64,000 nt of DNA from an uncultured Gammaproteobacteria bacterium (GCA_963713355.1 CAVQLK010000001.1:14269-78268), one strand, 5' to 3'. Shown: positions 8,500 to 18,232, counted from the stretch's first letter. Notes: generated by a model from the letters alone, not told the origin. Made by a program: numbers and translations.

Positions 8500-10299
8500 T
8501 CAGGGTTCCCGCGGCGGTGGTGCGACCGCGATGCCCCACGGCGTCTTGCCGACGCGAATCGTGGCCACGACGTTCAGGGATGCCGTGTCGATGACGGACA
8601 CGTCGTTCGACGGCCCGTTGGCCGTGTACAAGAATTTGCCGTCGGACGTAAGTCCGATGCCCCACGGGCGTGCGCCGACGCGGACGTTCGCAATGACGCT
8701 CCCCGCCGCAAGGTCGACGACCGACACCGTGCCCGCGCGGCCGTTGGCCACGTAGAGGCGCGCTTCGTCGGGCGAGAGCGCGAGCCCCATCGGCAGAGAG
8801 CCCGGCGGCAGCGCGACGGTTCGGAGTACCTCGCCCATTGCGACGTCGACGACGGCGACGCTGCCGCCGTGCTCGGCCGACACGTACGCACGCGACCCGT
8901 CCGCCGAGAAGATCGAGTCGCGCGGGCGCCAGCCGACGTCGATGTTGCCGAGCACGGCACCGCTTTGCGCATCGACGACGGTCACCGCGTGGTCGCTTTC
9001 GCTCGTGACGTAGACGGTCTTGCGATCGGGCCTTAAGCGAACGCCTTCGGGCTCACCGCCTACGGCGACCGTCCGCACGACCTCGCCGCTCGCGAGGTCG
9101 ACGATCGAGAGCTCACCCGCATCCTCGTTCGAGACGAACAGGCGGCCGGCGCTCGAGTCGATGTCGAACTCCTCAGGATCGGAGCCGCCCGGCAAAACGA
9201 GCAGCACCGCGCGCGCCTGCACGTCGACGACGGCGATGCCGTCCTGGGTCTTGTCGGCCGCGAGCTTTGCGCATTCGTCGTCGGGCAGCGCGGGCGGGCA
9301 TTTCGGCGAGCCGGACAAGGCGACGTAGAGCCGCTCACCGTTCTCGGCGACTTCGACGCCGCGCGGCCGAGTGCCGACCTCGACCTCGCCGATCACGCTG
9401 TGCGTGGCCGTCGAGATGATGCTGACAGTGCCCGCATCTTCGTTCGTCACATAGACGCGCTCCGCGGGCCCTTCGACGACGGGAACGTGGTAGTCGTCGA
9501 GCAACGCCGCCGTCTGCGCGGCCGTGCGCGCCATCAGAGCTTCGAGCTCCGCGCGCCGCTCGCGCTCGCCGAAACGCACACCGGCTGCCATCGCGAACTC
9601 GAATTGAATGCCGGGCTCGGAGCGCAGCGGCACGACGGCGACCTCGACCGGTTCCGCGCGCGCCGCGAAGTAGCCCGCGATCGGGCCCCAGAGAATCGCC
9701 GCATCGAGCTCGCCGGCGAGAAGCTCGTTCTCGATGATCTTGCCGGGATAGACGTCGGGATCTCCGTCGAGCGCCGAGTACGGCACCATCTGGTCATGCA
9801 GGCCGCGGCGCGCGAGCCACTCGGCCGCCGGCCCCGGCGTGAACACGCCGATGCGCAGCGTTTCGCGCGTCTCAGCCGGAAGCGCGGCGAAGTCGTCGGC
9901 GCTCGCGACGTCGAGCTTCCGGCCGGCGACGTAGACCAGCGCGTACGTCGAGCGGTAGTACGGGCGCGTCGTCAGGGCGAGGTCGTAGCCCGCGGGCACG
10001 CCGACGATCACGTCGCACTTGTAACCGCCGCGCTCCAAGTCTTCGGCGTTCAGCGTGTTGCGCTCGAAGCCGCGCCGATGCGGAAACCACGTGTACTCGA
10101 CTTCGACGCCGAGTGCGCGCGCCCAAATTCGCGCGAGCTCGTTCTCGAACCCTTGCTCGGCGCGATTGGAGAACGGCAGATTGTTGGGATCGGCGCAAAC
10201 CTTCAGCGTCTGCGCCGCGAGCTGCGCGCCGGCCGGTGCGGCGGCCGCCCCCGCAAGCAAGGCCGCGGCCAGGACGGCGGTTGCGCGGATCGTGGTCAC
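8500..10299 (-). CDS. fusion of a MoxJ/XoxJ-like periplasmic substrate-binding domain with a YVTN-type beta-propeller (both PQQ-dehydrogenase-associated families)
   Basis: GTG 10299 overlaps the cytochrome stop (GTGA). Signal VTTIRATAVLAAALLAGAAAAPAGAQ, then LKVCADPNNLPFSN...YKCDVIVGVP (binding protein). This continues without stop or second signal peptide into YVTNEDAGTVSIISTATH... with repeated xVxVVD/GxxPxG blades. Confidence 0.8.
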   Translation of the reverse strand: MTTIRATAVLAAALLAGAAAAPAGAQLAAQTLKVCADPNNLPFSNRAEQGFENELARIWARALGVEVEYTWFPHRRGFERNTLNAEDLERGGYKCDVIVGVPAGYDLALTTRPYYRSTYALVYVAGRKLDVASADDFAALPAETRETLRIGVFTPGPAAEWLARRGLHDQMVPYSALDGDPDVYPGKIIENELLAGELDAAILWGPIAGYFAARAEPVEVAVVPLRSEPGIQFEFAMAAGVRFGERERRAELEALMARTAAQTAALLDDYHVPVVEGPAERVYVTNEDAGTVSIISTATHSVIGEVEVGTRPRGVEVAENGERLYVALSGSPKCPPALPDDECAKLAADKTQDGIAVVDVQARAVLLVLPGGSDPEEFDIDSSAGRLFVSNEDAGELSIVDLASGEVVRTVAVGGEPEGVRLRPDRKTVYVTSESDHAVTVVDAQSGAVLGNIDVGWRPRDSIFSADGSRAYVSAEHGGSVAVVDVAMGEVLRTVALPPGSLPMGLALSPDEARLYVANGRAGTVSVVDLAAGSVIANVRVGARPWGIGLTSDGKFLYTANGPSNDVSVIDTASLNVVATIRVGKTPWGIAVAPPPREP

Positions 10300-10730
10300 G
10301 GCTCGGCCGGCAGCCGCTTCGGTCGTCCCGGCAACAGCACGCCGTCGCTGCGGGCCTTCAGGTACGACCACAGCTCCTCGAAATACTTGCTGACGTTCGG
10401 ATCCTGGCTCCACGGCGGCATCACACCGACCTGTCCTGTGAATCCCTCGGCGAGCGCCTTCATGAACTCGGGCTTGCCGATCTGGCGCATGCGCACGAGC
10501 AGATCCGGAGCGAAGGTGCTGCCGACGGCGTCTTGCGCGTGGCAGGTGTGGCAGATGCCGTGAAAGGTTCGCCACCCGACGTAGGTGCCGCGGTCGACTC
10601 GGCACGTCGTCGCGCCGCCTTCGTCCGCGTCCGGCCCGCACTCGACCGTGTACGGCGTGCTCTCCGCCGCGCTCTGCGCGGCGTCTTGAGCGCGGCCGGC
10701 GCCTGTCGCGGCGATCGCCGCGCGCGGCAA
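10296..10730 (-). CDS. c-type cytochrome, methanol/alcohol-dehydrogenase associated (PedF/XoxG-like)
   Basis: Heme motif CHTCH in WRTFHGICHTCHAQDAVGSTFAPDLL, and distal Met in GVMPPW. N-terminus is uncertain: a signal-like MTRVSRRTFAFVVAA lies upstream in another frame from GTG 10767, possibly one more indel. Confidence 0.75.
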   Translation of the reverse strand: MPRAAIAATGAGRAQDAAQSAAESTPYTVECGPDADEGGATTCRVDRGTYVGWRTFHGICHTCHAQDAVGSTFAPDLLVRMRQIGKPEFMKALAEGFTGQVGVMPPWSQDPNVSKYFEELWSYLKARSDGVLLPGRPKRLPAEP

Positions 10731-10776
10731 CGACGAACGCGAACGTGCGGCGGCTCACCCGCGTCACGAGGTTCGC

Positions 10777-12569
10777 TTACGGAAGCGCGAACACGGTCAG
10801 CACGCCGCCGAGCTGCGTGTGGCGAGCCAACGAGCGATACGCGCCCACGGCGCCGAGGCCGTCCGTCGCGCCTTCGAGCCCAGCGGCCATGCCGATGCCG
10901 GCCCAACCGCCGATGCCGGACAGCACGCCGACGTACTGCTTGCCCTGGTGCGTCCACGTGTTGACGTTACCGATGATTCCCGAGGGCGTCTTGAAGCGGT
11001 ACAGCTCTTTTCCCGTCGTGGCGTCGACGGCTTTGAGGTAACCCTCGAGCGTGCCGTAGAAAACCACGTCGCCCGCAGTCGCGAGCGCGCCGCTCCACAC
11101 CGAGAACGGCTCGGGTAGCGACCAGACGATCTTGCCTTCGGCCGCGTCCCACGCGATGAAGTTGCCGAGATTCGTGGTGCCGTCGCGCGTGGCCTGTCCG
11201 GCCGGGAACATCGTCAGCACCGCGCCGACGTACGGCTGCCCCGCCACGTACTCGACTTCATACGGCTCGTAATCCATGCAGACGTGGTTCGTCGGGACGT
11301 AGAACAGCTTCGTGCGCGGCGAGTACGCGGCCGGTTGTTGGTCCTTCGAGCCGAGCGCCGCGGGGCAAATGTCCTCGGTGTTGAAGTCTTCGCCGTTCTT
11401 GCCGGTGCTGTAGCGGTCGACGACTTGCGGACGGCCCGTCCGCATGTCGACGTGCGTCGCCCAGTTCACGGCCGGATCGAACTTCTCCGCGACGAGCAGC
11501 TCGCCGTTCTCGCGATCGAGCGTGTAGCCGAAGCCGTTGCGATCGAAGTGCACGAGCAGTCTTGCGCATGCGGCCGTCGACCTCGAGGTCGACGAGCACG
11601 TTCTCGTTGACGCCGTCGTAGTCCCACTCGTCGTGCGGCGTCATCTGGTAGACCCAGCGCGCCATGACCCGTATCCGCGTCGCGCGCGAACAGCGTCATG
11701 CTCCAGCGGTTGTCGCCGGGGCGCACGACGGGATTCCAGGTGCCGGGATTGCCGCTGCCGTAATAGATGAGGTTCAGCGCCGGGTCGTACGTGAACCAGC
11801 CCCACGTCGTGCCGCCGCCGAGCCGCCATTGCTCGCCTTCCCAGGTGCTCAAGCTCGAATTCGCGCCGATCGGCCGGCCGAGGTGCGTCGTGCGGCGCGC
11901 GTCGACGAGCATCTCGTTGTCGGGACCGACGCTGTAGGCTTTCCAGGCCTCGCGGCCCGTCTTGATGTCGTAAGCCACGACGAAGCCGCGCACGCCGAAC
12001 TCGCCGCCGCTGATGCCCGTGATGACCTTGTCTTTGACGATGAGCGGCGCGTTCGTGTTGGTCTCGCCCTTCGCGGGGTCGCCGTTCTTGACGCTCCATG
12101 CGACCTCCCCGGTCTTCGCGTCGAGCGCGACGAGCGTGGTGTCGGCTTGCTGCAGAAAAATCTTGCCGTCGCCGAAGGCGAGGCCGCGATTCACGGTGTC
12201 GCAGCACATCACGGGAATCGTGTCGGCGTTCTGGACGGGCGCGTACGTCCAGTTGATGGTCTGATCGGCCAGATTGATCGAATAGACCTTGTTCGGAAAC
12301 GGCGTGTGGATGTAAAGCGTGTCGCCGACGACGAGCGGGCCGCCTTCGTGACCGCGCAACACGCCCGTCGAAAACGTCCACGCGACCTTCAGATTGCCGA
12401 CGTTGCTCTTGTCGATCTGGGCGAGCGTGCTGTAGCGCGTGCCGGCGTAATTTCCGCCCCACGTGGCCCAGTTGTTCGGGTCGCTCGTGAGCCGTTCGAC
12501 TTCTTCGTTGGCGCCGGCGAGCGGCGGCAGTAGCAGTGCGAGGGATAGAACAAAGCGCTTCGTGGTCAT
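10777..12569 (-). pseudogene. xoxF: XoxF-type (lanthanide-signature) PQQ-dependent methanol/alcohol dehydrogenase, interrupted by two +1 indels
   Basis: ATG 12569 after AAGGAG. Signal [20 protein letters not shown]; [28 protein letters not shown]; vicinal [12 protein letters not shown]; [11 protein letters not shown]. Frame changes at about 11666 and 11560. The reconstructed join is ARDADTG|[35 protein letters not shown]|[19 protein letters not shown]. Confidence 0.9.
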
Positions 12570-12661
12570 TCCCGCTCTCCTTATGAATGGATGTGGTCGG
12601 GTCTTGGCACCAGCTTCGTCGCTTGGTCGTTCTAGAGTATGTGCCTCCGTCGGCGGTAGGG

Positions 12662-13024
12662 CTAGCGCACGGTTTTCACGAGGCATTGCGCCCTGGCGCG
12701 CTCGAGAATGGCCGCGAGCTTGTCGACGAGCTCGCGTGCCTGCGGGGGATCGCGGAACACGCCGCCGCGCTCGCCGGCCGTCGAGCGCAGCTGGCTGAAA
12801 ACTTGGGCTTGCGCGAACTCCTCGTGGGTCATTTCGGCAGCGATCGCGTCGACGACGCAGACGCATTTATAGAGGTTGTCGTAGCTTTGCCCACCCTGCT
12901 CGTTCATGCAGCCGAGCACGAACTCCACGCGCGCTTGGGTCGGGAAGTCGTTCGCCGCCGCGCCGCTCGACAACAGCAGCAACAGCAGCGGCAGCGAGCG
13001 GGGCACGTTAGCAAACCTCGGCAC
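12662..13024 (-). CDS. small exported Cys-containing protein of unknown function
   Basis: GTG start. Signal ..[17 protein letters not shown], mature part with 4 Cys ([21 protein letters not shown]). Co-oriented immediately upstream of xoxF. Confidence 0.6.
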   Translation of the reverse strand: MPRFANVPRSLPLLLLLLSSGAAANDFPTQARVEFVLGCMNEQGGQSYDNLYKCVCVVDAIAAEMTHEEFAQAQVFSQLRSTAGERGGVFRDPPQARELVDKLAAILERARAQCLVKTVR

Positions 13025-13033
13025 GGCGATTCT

Positions 13034-14650
13034 TCAGTCGGCGGCGAGGTAGCGGCGCGCACGCTCCATTTCCGGGCGCGCGGTGTCGGCTTCGTTCGCG
13101 ATCTCGAGCACGCGCGCGTAGTGCTCGCGTGCGCTCGCGGCGTCGCCGGCCGCTTCCGCCGCGCGCGCGGCTCCGAACGAACCGCGGAAGCGCCCGGGCT
13201 CCTTCGCTATCGACGCCTCGAATGCGCGCAATGCCGCCGGCGCGTCGCCGGCTTCGAGCTGCATTTCGCCGAGCAGCTCGCGCGCGGGAGCGAGCGGCCC
13301 GGGCGTCACGGCCGCTTTGTCCGTTGCGTCCTCGATGTCGGCCGCCGCGCTCATTGCCGCGAGACCTTCTGCGCGCCGCCCTTGCGCGAACGCGATCCAA
13401 GCGCCGGCCGTGCGCCATTGGATGTCGACCTGCTCGGCCCAGTAGTCGTCTTGCCCTTTGAGGCGGTCGCGCAGCGCAGCGAGCGCGGCCACGTCCGTGG
13501 CCGCCGCGGCGGCACGGCCGCTGCGAGCGGCGCCGAGCGCGCGCGCGAAGTGCGCGATCGCGATCGTGAACGGCGGGCCGCCGGACTGAACTTCGAGCGC
13601 GGCGGCGTCTTGCCACGCGCCGCGCTCGAGCGCGTAGCGCGCCGGCATTGCCGCGAGCGCGTAGAACCCGGCCATCGGCGGGGCCGCCCCGCCCACCGTC
13701 GCTGCAGAATCGAACAGCGCCGCAACGGGCGGCACGCGCTCGAGCACCTCGCGCGCTGCGCGATCCTGCGCCATTTGCAGATAAGCGTAGGTCTGATAGT
13801 CCATGGCATGCAGCGCTTCGGTCGCGACGTTGTTCCGCACTGCGGACTCCTCGGACAACCGATTGGTCGCGGCGGACTCGGCCCAAGAGCCGACGCGCGT
13901 GAACGTGTGCGAGGGCATGTGCAGCGCGTGCGGTGCTGACGGCGCAATCGACGCGTAGCGGCGCGCAGCCGCGAGCGCGCGGGAGGCGAGCGGCGGATGA
14001 TCGTACGCATGGATGATGTAGTGCGCGAGGCCCGGATGGTCCGGGTGCTCGGCGTACAGCGGCTCGAGTATCCCGACCGCGCGCAGCTGCGCCGCATACG
14101 TCTGATCGGCAGGCAACGCTGTTTGAGTGACGGCGAGCGCGTAGAAGATCTGCGCCTCGATGTCGCGGGGATTCGCAGCCGCGACCTCCGCCATGCCGCG
14201 CTCGTACGCGAGGATGCGCTCGCGCTGCGACGCGGTCTCGTAGCCGTCGAACAACGCGCCCGCGGCCGCGATAAATCCTCGCTCGCGCGCGGTCGGCGAA
14301 CCTGTCGCGCGTCCTTTCTCTATGGCGACGAGCCCTTCCGCCAGTGCGGCCGGTGAGCGCGCACCGGCAAATGGATTCCCCCAATACGACAGCGCGATGC
14401 CCCAGTACGCGATTGCGCAGCGCGCATCCTTCGCGAGAACCGTGTCGAAGCCTTCGATCGCGGGACGGAACTCGAACGAGTGCAGCAACGCTACCGCGCG
14501 ATTGAAGTCTGCGCGCGTCTCCGGCGCGCAGCTGTTCTCGAAATTCACGGTGCCGAGCTTTTCCGCCGGCGCTGCGGCGGCGTGCTCTTCATGCTGCTGG
14601 GCGTGTAGCGCCGAGGGCAGCGCGAGAGCGGCGGCCAACAAGACGGTCAA
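13034..14650 (-). CDS. exported TPR-like repeat protein of unknown function
   Basis: TTG start. Signal MTVLLAAALALPSALHAQQ, His/Glu-rich stretch HEEHAAAAP, then helical repeats (AIAYWGIALSYWGNPF, ..YALAVTQ.., C-terminal EAAGDAASAREHYARVLEIA). Confidence 0.7.
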   Translation of the reverse strand: MTVLLAAALALPSALHAQQHEEHAAAAPAEKLGTVNFENSCAPETRADFNRAVALLHSFEFRPAIEGFDTVLAKDARCAIAYWGIALSYWGNPFAGARSPAALAEGLVAIEKGRATGSPTARERGFIAAAGALFDGYETASQRERILAYERGMAEVAAANPRDIEAQIFYALAVTQTALPADQTYAAQLRAVGILEPLYAEHPDHPGLAHYIIHAYDHPPLASRALAAARRYASIAPSAPHALHMPSHTFTRVGSWAESAATNRLSEESAVRNNVATEALHAMDYQTYAYLQMAQDRAAREVLERVPPVAALFDSAATVGGAAPPMAGFYALAAMPARYALERGAWQDAAALEVQSGGPPFTIAIAHFARALGAARSGRAAAAATDVAALAALRDRLKGQDDYWAEQVDIQWRTAGAWIAFAQGRRAEGLAAMSAAADIEDATDKAAVTPGPLAPARELLGEMQLEAGDAPAALRAFEASIAKEPGRFRGSFGAARAAEAAGDAASAREHYARVLEIANEADTARPEMERARRYLAAD

Positions 14651-14940
14651 GTCGATAGGTCATGAAGCGATCCTCTTTGGAGGGGCATGACGCTTGCGAT
14701 CATAGCGCGCCGGACGGCGCAATCGGTCTATACCGAAAGCCTATTTCGGGCGCCGATAAACATCAGGATCGTCCCGAAGACACGCAGCACCCTGCGTCCG
14801 TCGCGCTCCGGAGGCGGCGCAAACCAGTGCGGCGGCAAAGTCGGCGAGAAATGGATGCAGGCTCCGCGTTGCCGCGCACGTACGGGGGGCGTAGGCTCAA
14901 CCCGACTGCACATAAGATACGGCGAAACGGGAGCAAGCCC

Positions 14941-15635
14941 ATGAGCTCGACGCGACGGCAGTTCATCCGAGGCGCGACTTTGAGCGCCGCGACGCTCGTG
15001 GCACCGGGCGCGTTCGCACAAGCTCTGGCGACGGCCGTCACGGGCGACGGCCCGTACTACCCCGACCGCCTGCCGCTCGACACCGACAACGACCTTTTGA
15101 TTTTGAACGACGGGCTCACGAGCGCCGTCGGCGAAATCGCGCACTTCACGGGACGCCTGTTCGCCGAGAACGGCTCGCCCGTGCGCAACGCATTCATCGA
15201 GATCTGGCAATCCGACGTCAACGGCTCGTACATCCACACCGAAGGCCGCAACGAGGCAAGATCGACGCGAACTTCCAAGGCTACGGCCGGTTCCTGACCG
15301 ACGCCGAAGGACGCTACTACTTCCGCACGATCAAGCCCGTGCCGTACACGCTGCAAGGGCAATTCCGCGCGCCGCACATTCACGTCGCCGTCAGCAAGGC
15401 CGGCAAGCGCATCATGGCGACGCAGGCGCTCGTCAAAGGGCACGAGGCGAACGAGGGCGACTTGATCACGCGCCGCTTCCGCGATCCGAAGCTCCTCGAG
15501 ACCTTGATGGTCGAGTACCGGCCGCTGCCGGGCTCGACGCTCGGCGAGCTCACGGCCAATTTCGACATCCGACTCGGCCGAACGGCTCAAGAGCTCGGTG
15601 ACGGCACGATCGGCGGCATTGGCCCGCCCGCGTAA
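14941..15635 (+). pseudogene. Tat-exported intradiol ring-cleavage dioxygenase-like protein, one frameshift
   Basis: Twin-arginine signal MSSTRRQFIRGATLSAATLVAPGAFA; IEIWQSDVNGSYIH. A 1-nt deletion near 15255 (GAGGC for GAGGGC) joins to ..KIDANFQGYGRFLTDAEGRYYFRTIKPVPY..RAPHIHVAV in the next frame. Confidence 0.8.
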
Positions 15636-15656
15636 ATTTGTCGGAGTCATTAGGCA

Positions 15657-16373
15657 ATGGCAACCGTCGCGCTTCAAGTCGCACCCGCCGAGCTGCGTGA
15701 GAAGCTGTTCTTCCTGGTCATGGCGGTCGCGATCGCCGCGACGGTCGTCGTTGGCTTCAGCCTGTTCTACGCGGCCGGCATATCGAGCTTCGATTCGCCG
15801 TGGTGGGTGCACGTCCACGCCGTGACCTTCGTCGGCTGGATCGTGCTCTACGTGCTGCAGAACACGCTCGTGTTCCGCGACGACCTCGTGCTCCACCGCA
15901 AGCTCGGCCGCATCGGCGCCGCCTATGCGGTCTGGGTGGTCATCGTGGGGCTCGTGCTGACGCCGCTGACGCTCGCGGTCGGCCGTTCGCCGCCTTTTTT
16001 CACGGCGCCTTACTTTCTTGCGCTCGACTGGGTCAACATCGCGGTCTTCGGCGCCCTGGTCTATGCCGCCATCCGTAACCGCGACCGCACGGACTGGCAC
16101 CGGCGGCTCATGCTCTGCGCCACGATCTGCGTGATAGCACCGGCCGTGGGCCGGCTGATCGTCCTATCGGGCAACACGATGACGGCGCCCGTGAATGTCG
16201 CCTTCTTGTTGCCTTTTGTCGTCGCCGGCATGCTTTTCGACTGGCGCAACCGCGGCCGCATTCATCCGGCCTACGGCTGGGGCGCCGCGGCGCTGCTGGT
16301 GTTCGCGGCCGCGACCGAGCTGCTCGCGCGCTGGCCTTTCTTTGCCGGGCAGGCAGTGTTGATCGCCGGCTGA
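15657..16373 (+). CDS. integral membrane protein of unknown function (about 6 TM)
   Basis: Consecutive hydrophobic spans (LFFLVMAVAIAATVVVGFSLFY, WWVHVHAVTFVGWIVLYVL, AVWVVIVGLVLTPL, and others). Confidence 0.65.
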   Translation: MATVALQVAPAELREKLFFLVMAVAIAATVVVGFSLFYAAGISSFDSPWWVHVHAVTFVGWIVLYVLQNTLVFRDDLVLHRKLGRIGAAYAVWVVIVGLVLTPLTLAVGRSPPFFTAPYFLALDWVNIAVFGALVYAAIRNRDRTDWHRRLMLCATICVIAPAVGRLIVLSGNTMTAPVNVAFLLPFVVAGMLFDWRNRGRIHPAYGWGAAALLVFAAATELLARWPFFAGQAVLIAG

Positions 16374-16427
16374 CGCCCGCTCCCGCCCGCTATAATCCTC
16401 CCGCGTCGACTTCGGGTTGTTTCGACT

Positions 16428-17267
16428 ATGCGCATGAGCCGCTCCGACTTCCTGGCCTGGCCGCACAAGGCCATCACGCTGCTCGGCATGTCGGGGGTCG
16501 GCAAGACGACGCTCGCCTATAAGCTGCCGTCGTCGAAGTGGTTTCATTACTCCGGCGACTACCGCATCGGCACGAAGTACCTTGCGGAGCCGATCCTCGA
16601 CAACATCAAGCGCCAGGCGATGAAGGTGGACTTCCTGCGCGAGCTGTTACGCAACGACTCGATTTACATCGCAAGCAACATCTCCGTGCACAACCTGCAG
16701 CCCGTCTCGACGTTTCTCGGCAAGATCGGCCGCACGGACATGGGCGGCCTGCCCGTCGCGGAGTTCAAGCGCCGGCAGCGGCTGCACCGCGAGGCCGAGA
16801 TCGGGGCGATGCGCGACGTCGCCGAGTTCATCGGCAAAGCGCAGGAGATCTACGGCTACGACCACTTCATCAACGACGCCGGCGGCAGCTTGGTCGAGCT
16901 CGACGACGAGAAAACCGAGAAGACGCTGGCCGAGCACACGCTGATCCTTTATTTGAAGGCCGACGAGGACATGGAGCGTGAGCTCGTGCGCCGCGCCGTC
17001 ACCGATCCGAAGCCGCTCTATTACAACGAGAAGTTCCTCGATCAGAAGCTAGCCGAGTACGTCGCCGAGGCCGAGCTCGAGAGCGCGGATCACGTCATGC
17101 CCGACGAGTTTGTGCGGTGGATCTTTCCTGCGCTCGTCGCGCACCGCCGCCCGAAGTACGAAGCGCTCGCGAAGCGGCACGGCTACACGCTGAACGCGCG
17201 GCTCGCGGAATCGATCGCGAACGAGCGCGACTTCCTCGAGCTCGTCGCCAACGCGCTCGAGAGCTAG
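16428..17267 (+). CDS. P-loop NTPase/kinase-like protein of unknown function
   Basis: Walker A LLGMSGVGKTTL near the N-terminus. The rest is a conserved-looking soluble protein. Confidence 0.7.
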   Translation: MRMSRSDFLAWPHKAITLLGMSGVGKTTLAYKLPSSKWFHYSGDYRIGTKYLAEPILDNIKRQAMKVDFLRELLRNDSIYIASNISVHNLQPVSTFLGKIGRTDMGGLPVAEFKRRQRLHREAEIGAMRDVAEFIGKAQEIYGYDHFINDAGGSLVELDDEKTEKTLAEHTLILYLKADEDMERELVRRAVTDPKPLYYNEKFLDQKLAEYVAEAELESADHVMPDEFVRWIFPALVAHRRPKYEALAKRHGYTLNARLAESIANERDFLELVANALES

Positions 17268-18202
17268 CCGGCCGAGCGCAAAGCCACGAACCACGCGCCG
17301 ACGAGCAGCAGGGCCGCGAGCGCGCCGCAGACGAGCTGCACGCGTGCATTGCGGAGCCACGCGACGGAAGCGAAGCGCGCGATCGCGAGCCCCGCCCCCA
17401 AGCCGCCGATGAAGCCGAACAGGTGCGCTCCCAGGTCGGTGTTGTCGCCGGCGGTGCCCGTGAACGCCAGCAAGCCCAGGCCCGCGATGATCGGCGCGAT
17501 CCGAGAGCGCCAGGGCGTGTCGCGCAAAAAGCCGCGCCGCCACGTGTACGTCACGAGCAAGCCGAGCGCCGCGAACACGGCCGTCGATGCGCCGATCGAG
17601 CGATGCGTCGGCAGCTGCACCCACGCGTTCAGCACGTTCGCGCCGGCCGCCGCGAGCAGCACCGCGAGCCAGCCGAAGCCGTGGCCGAGGTACCGGCCCA
17701 CGAAGTAACCGTAGAATCCGCCGAACGCGACATTGCCGCCGACGTGAACGAGCTCGCGATGCACCGTCAGCGCCGTGAATGCGCGCCACCACTCGCCGGC
17801 CAGCAGCGGGCCCGCCTCGAGCCGGCCGGCGCTGAGCCAGTCGCGGTTGAACAGGCTCAGGTGCAGCGCGAGGAACACGGCGAGCAGCGTCGCGACGTAC
17901 CACAAGACTCCGGCGCGCCCTGCGCCGACTTCCTCGACCGGCCGCGTCCCGACTTCGCGCGCGTTCTCATGGCGATAGAGCGTCAGCTCCGTCGCCGCGG
18001 CCGGGGCGTCGGCGAGCGGCACCCAGAGCTCCCAACCGCGCACGCCGGGTTGGCGTTGAAACGGCAGGCCGCGCGCCGTCAAGACGAGCGCGAGCTCGTT
18101 GACCCGAGCCTCCGTGAGCCCCGTCGCGACCGTCACCCATTGGTCGGCAATCCCTGCCTGCATTGCTCTATCGTCTGCGGCGTTCGCCATCTCTGCTAGC
18201 AT
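17264..18202 (-). CDS. rhomboid-family intramembrane serine protease with about 100-aa cytoplasmic N-domain
   Basis: WWRAFTALTVHRELVHVGGNV (WR..H..H..N), catalytic GASTAVFAALG, and AHLFGFIGGLGAG (catalytic His). Confidence 0.8.
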   Translation of the reverse strand: MLAEMANAADDRAMQAGIADQWVTVATGLTEARVNELALVLTARGLPFQRQPGVRGWELWVPLADAPAAATELTLYRHENAREVGTRPVEEVGAGRAGVLWYVATLLAVFLALHLSLFNRDWLSAGRLEAGPLLAGEWWRAFTALTVHRELVHVGGNVAFGGFYGYFVGRYLGHGFGWLAVLLAAAGANVLNAWVQLPTHRSIGASTAVFAALGLLVTYTWRRGFLRDTPWRSRIAPIIAGLGLLAFTGTAGDNTDLGAHLFGFIGGLGAGLAIARFASVAWLRNARVQLVCGALAALLLVGAWFVALRSAG

Positions 18203-18232
18203 CCGGTGCTATAACGACTATGCCCGCTCGGC

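Noticed and set aside
8500-10767. 755-aa ORF read as one protein
   Set aside because: Its first 156 codons overlap the cytochrome c gene in another frame and are Arg/Pro-rich nonsense. A GTG at 10299 gives a proper signal peptide and overlaps the cytochrome stop.
11560-11666. Programmed ribosomal frameshifting in xoxF
   Set aside because: There is no slippery heptamer or obvious stimulatory structure at either site. The two shifts go in the same direction, and comparable indels occur in many unrelated genes in the window.
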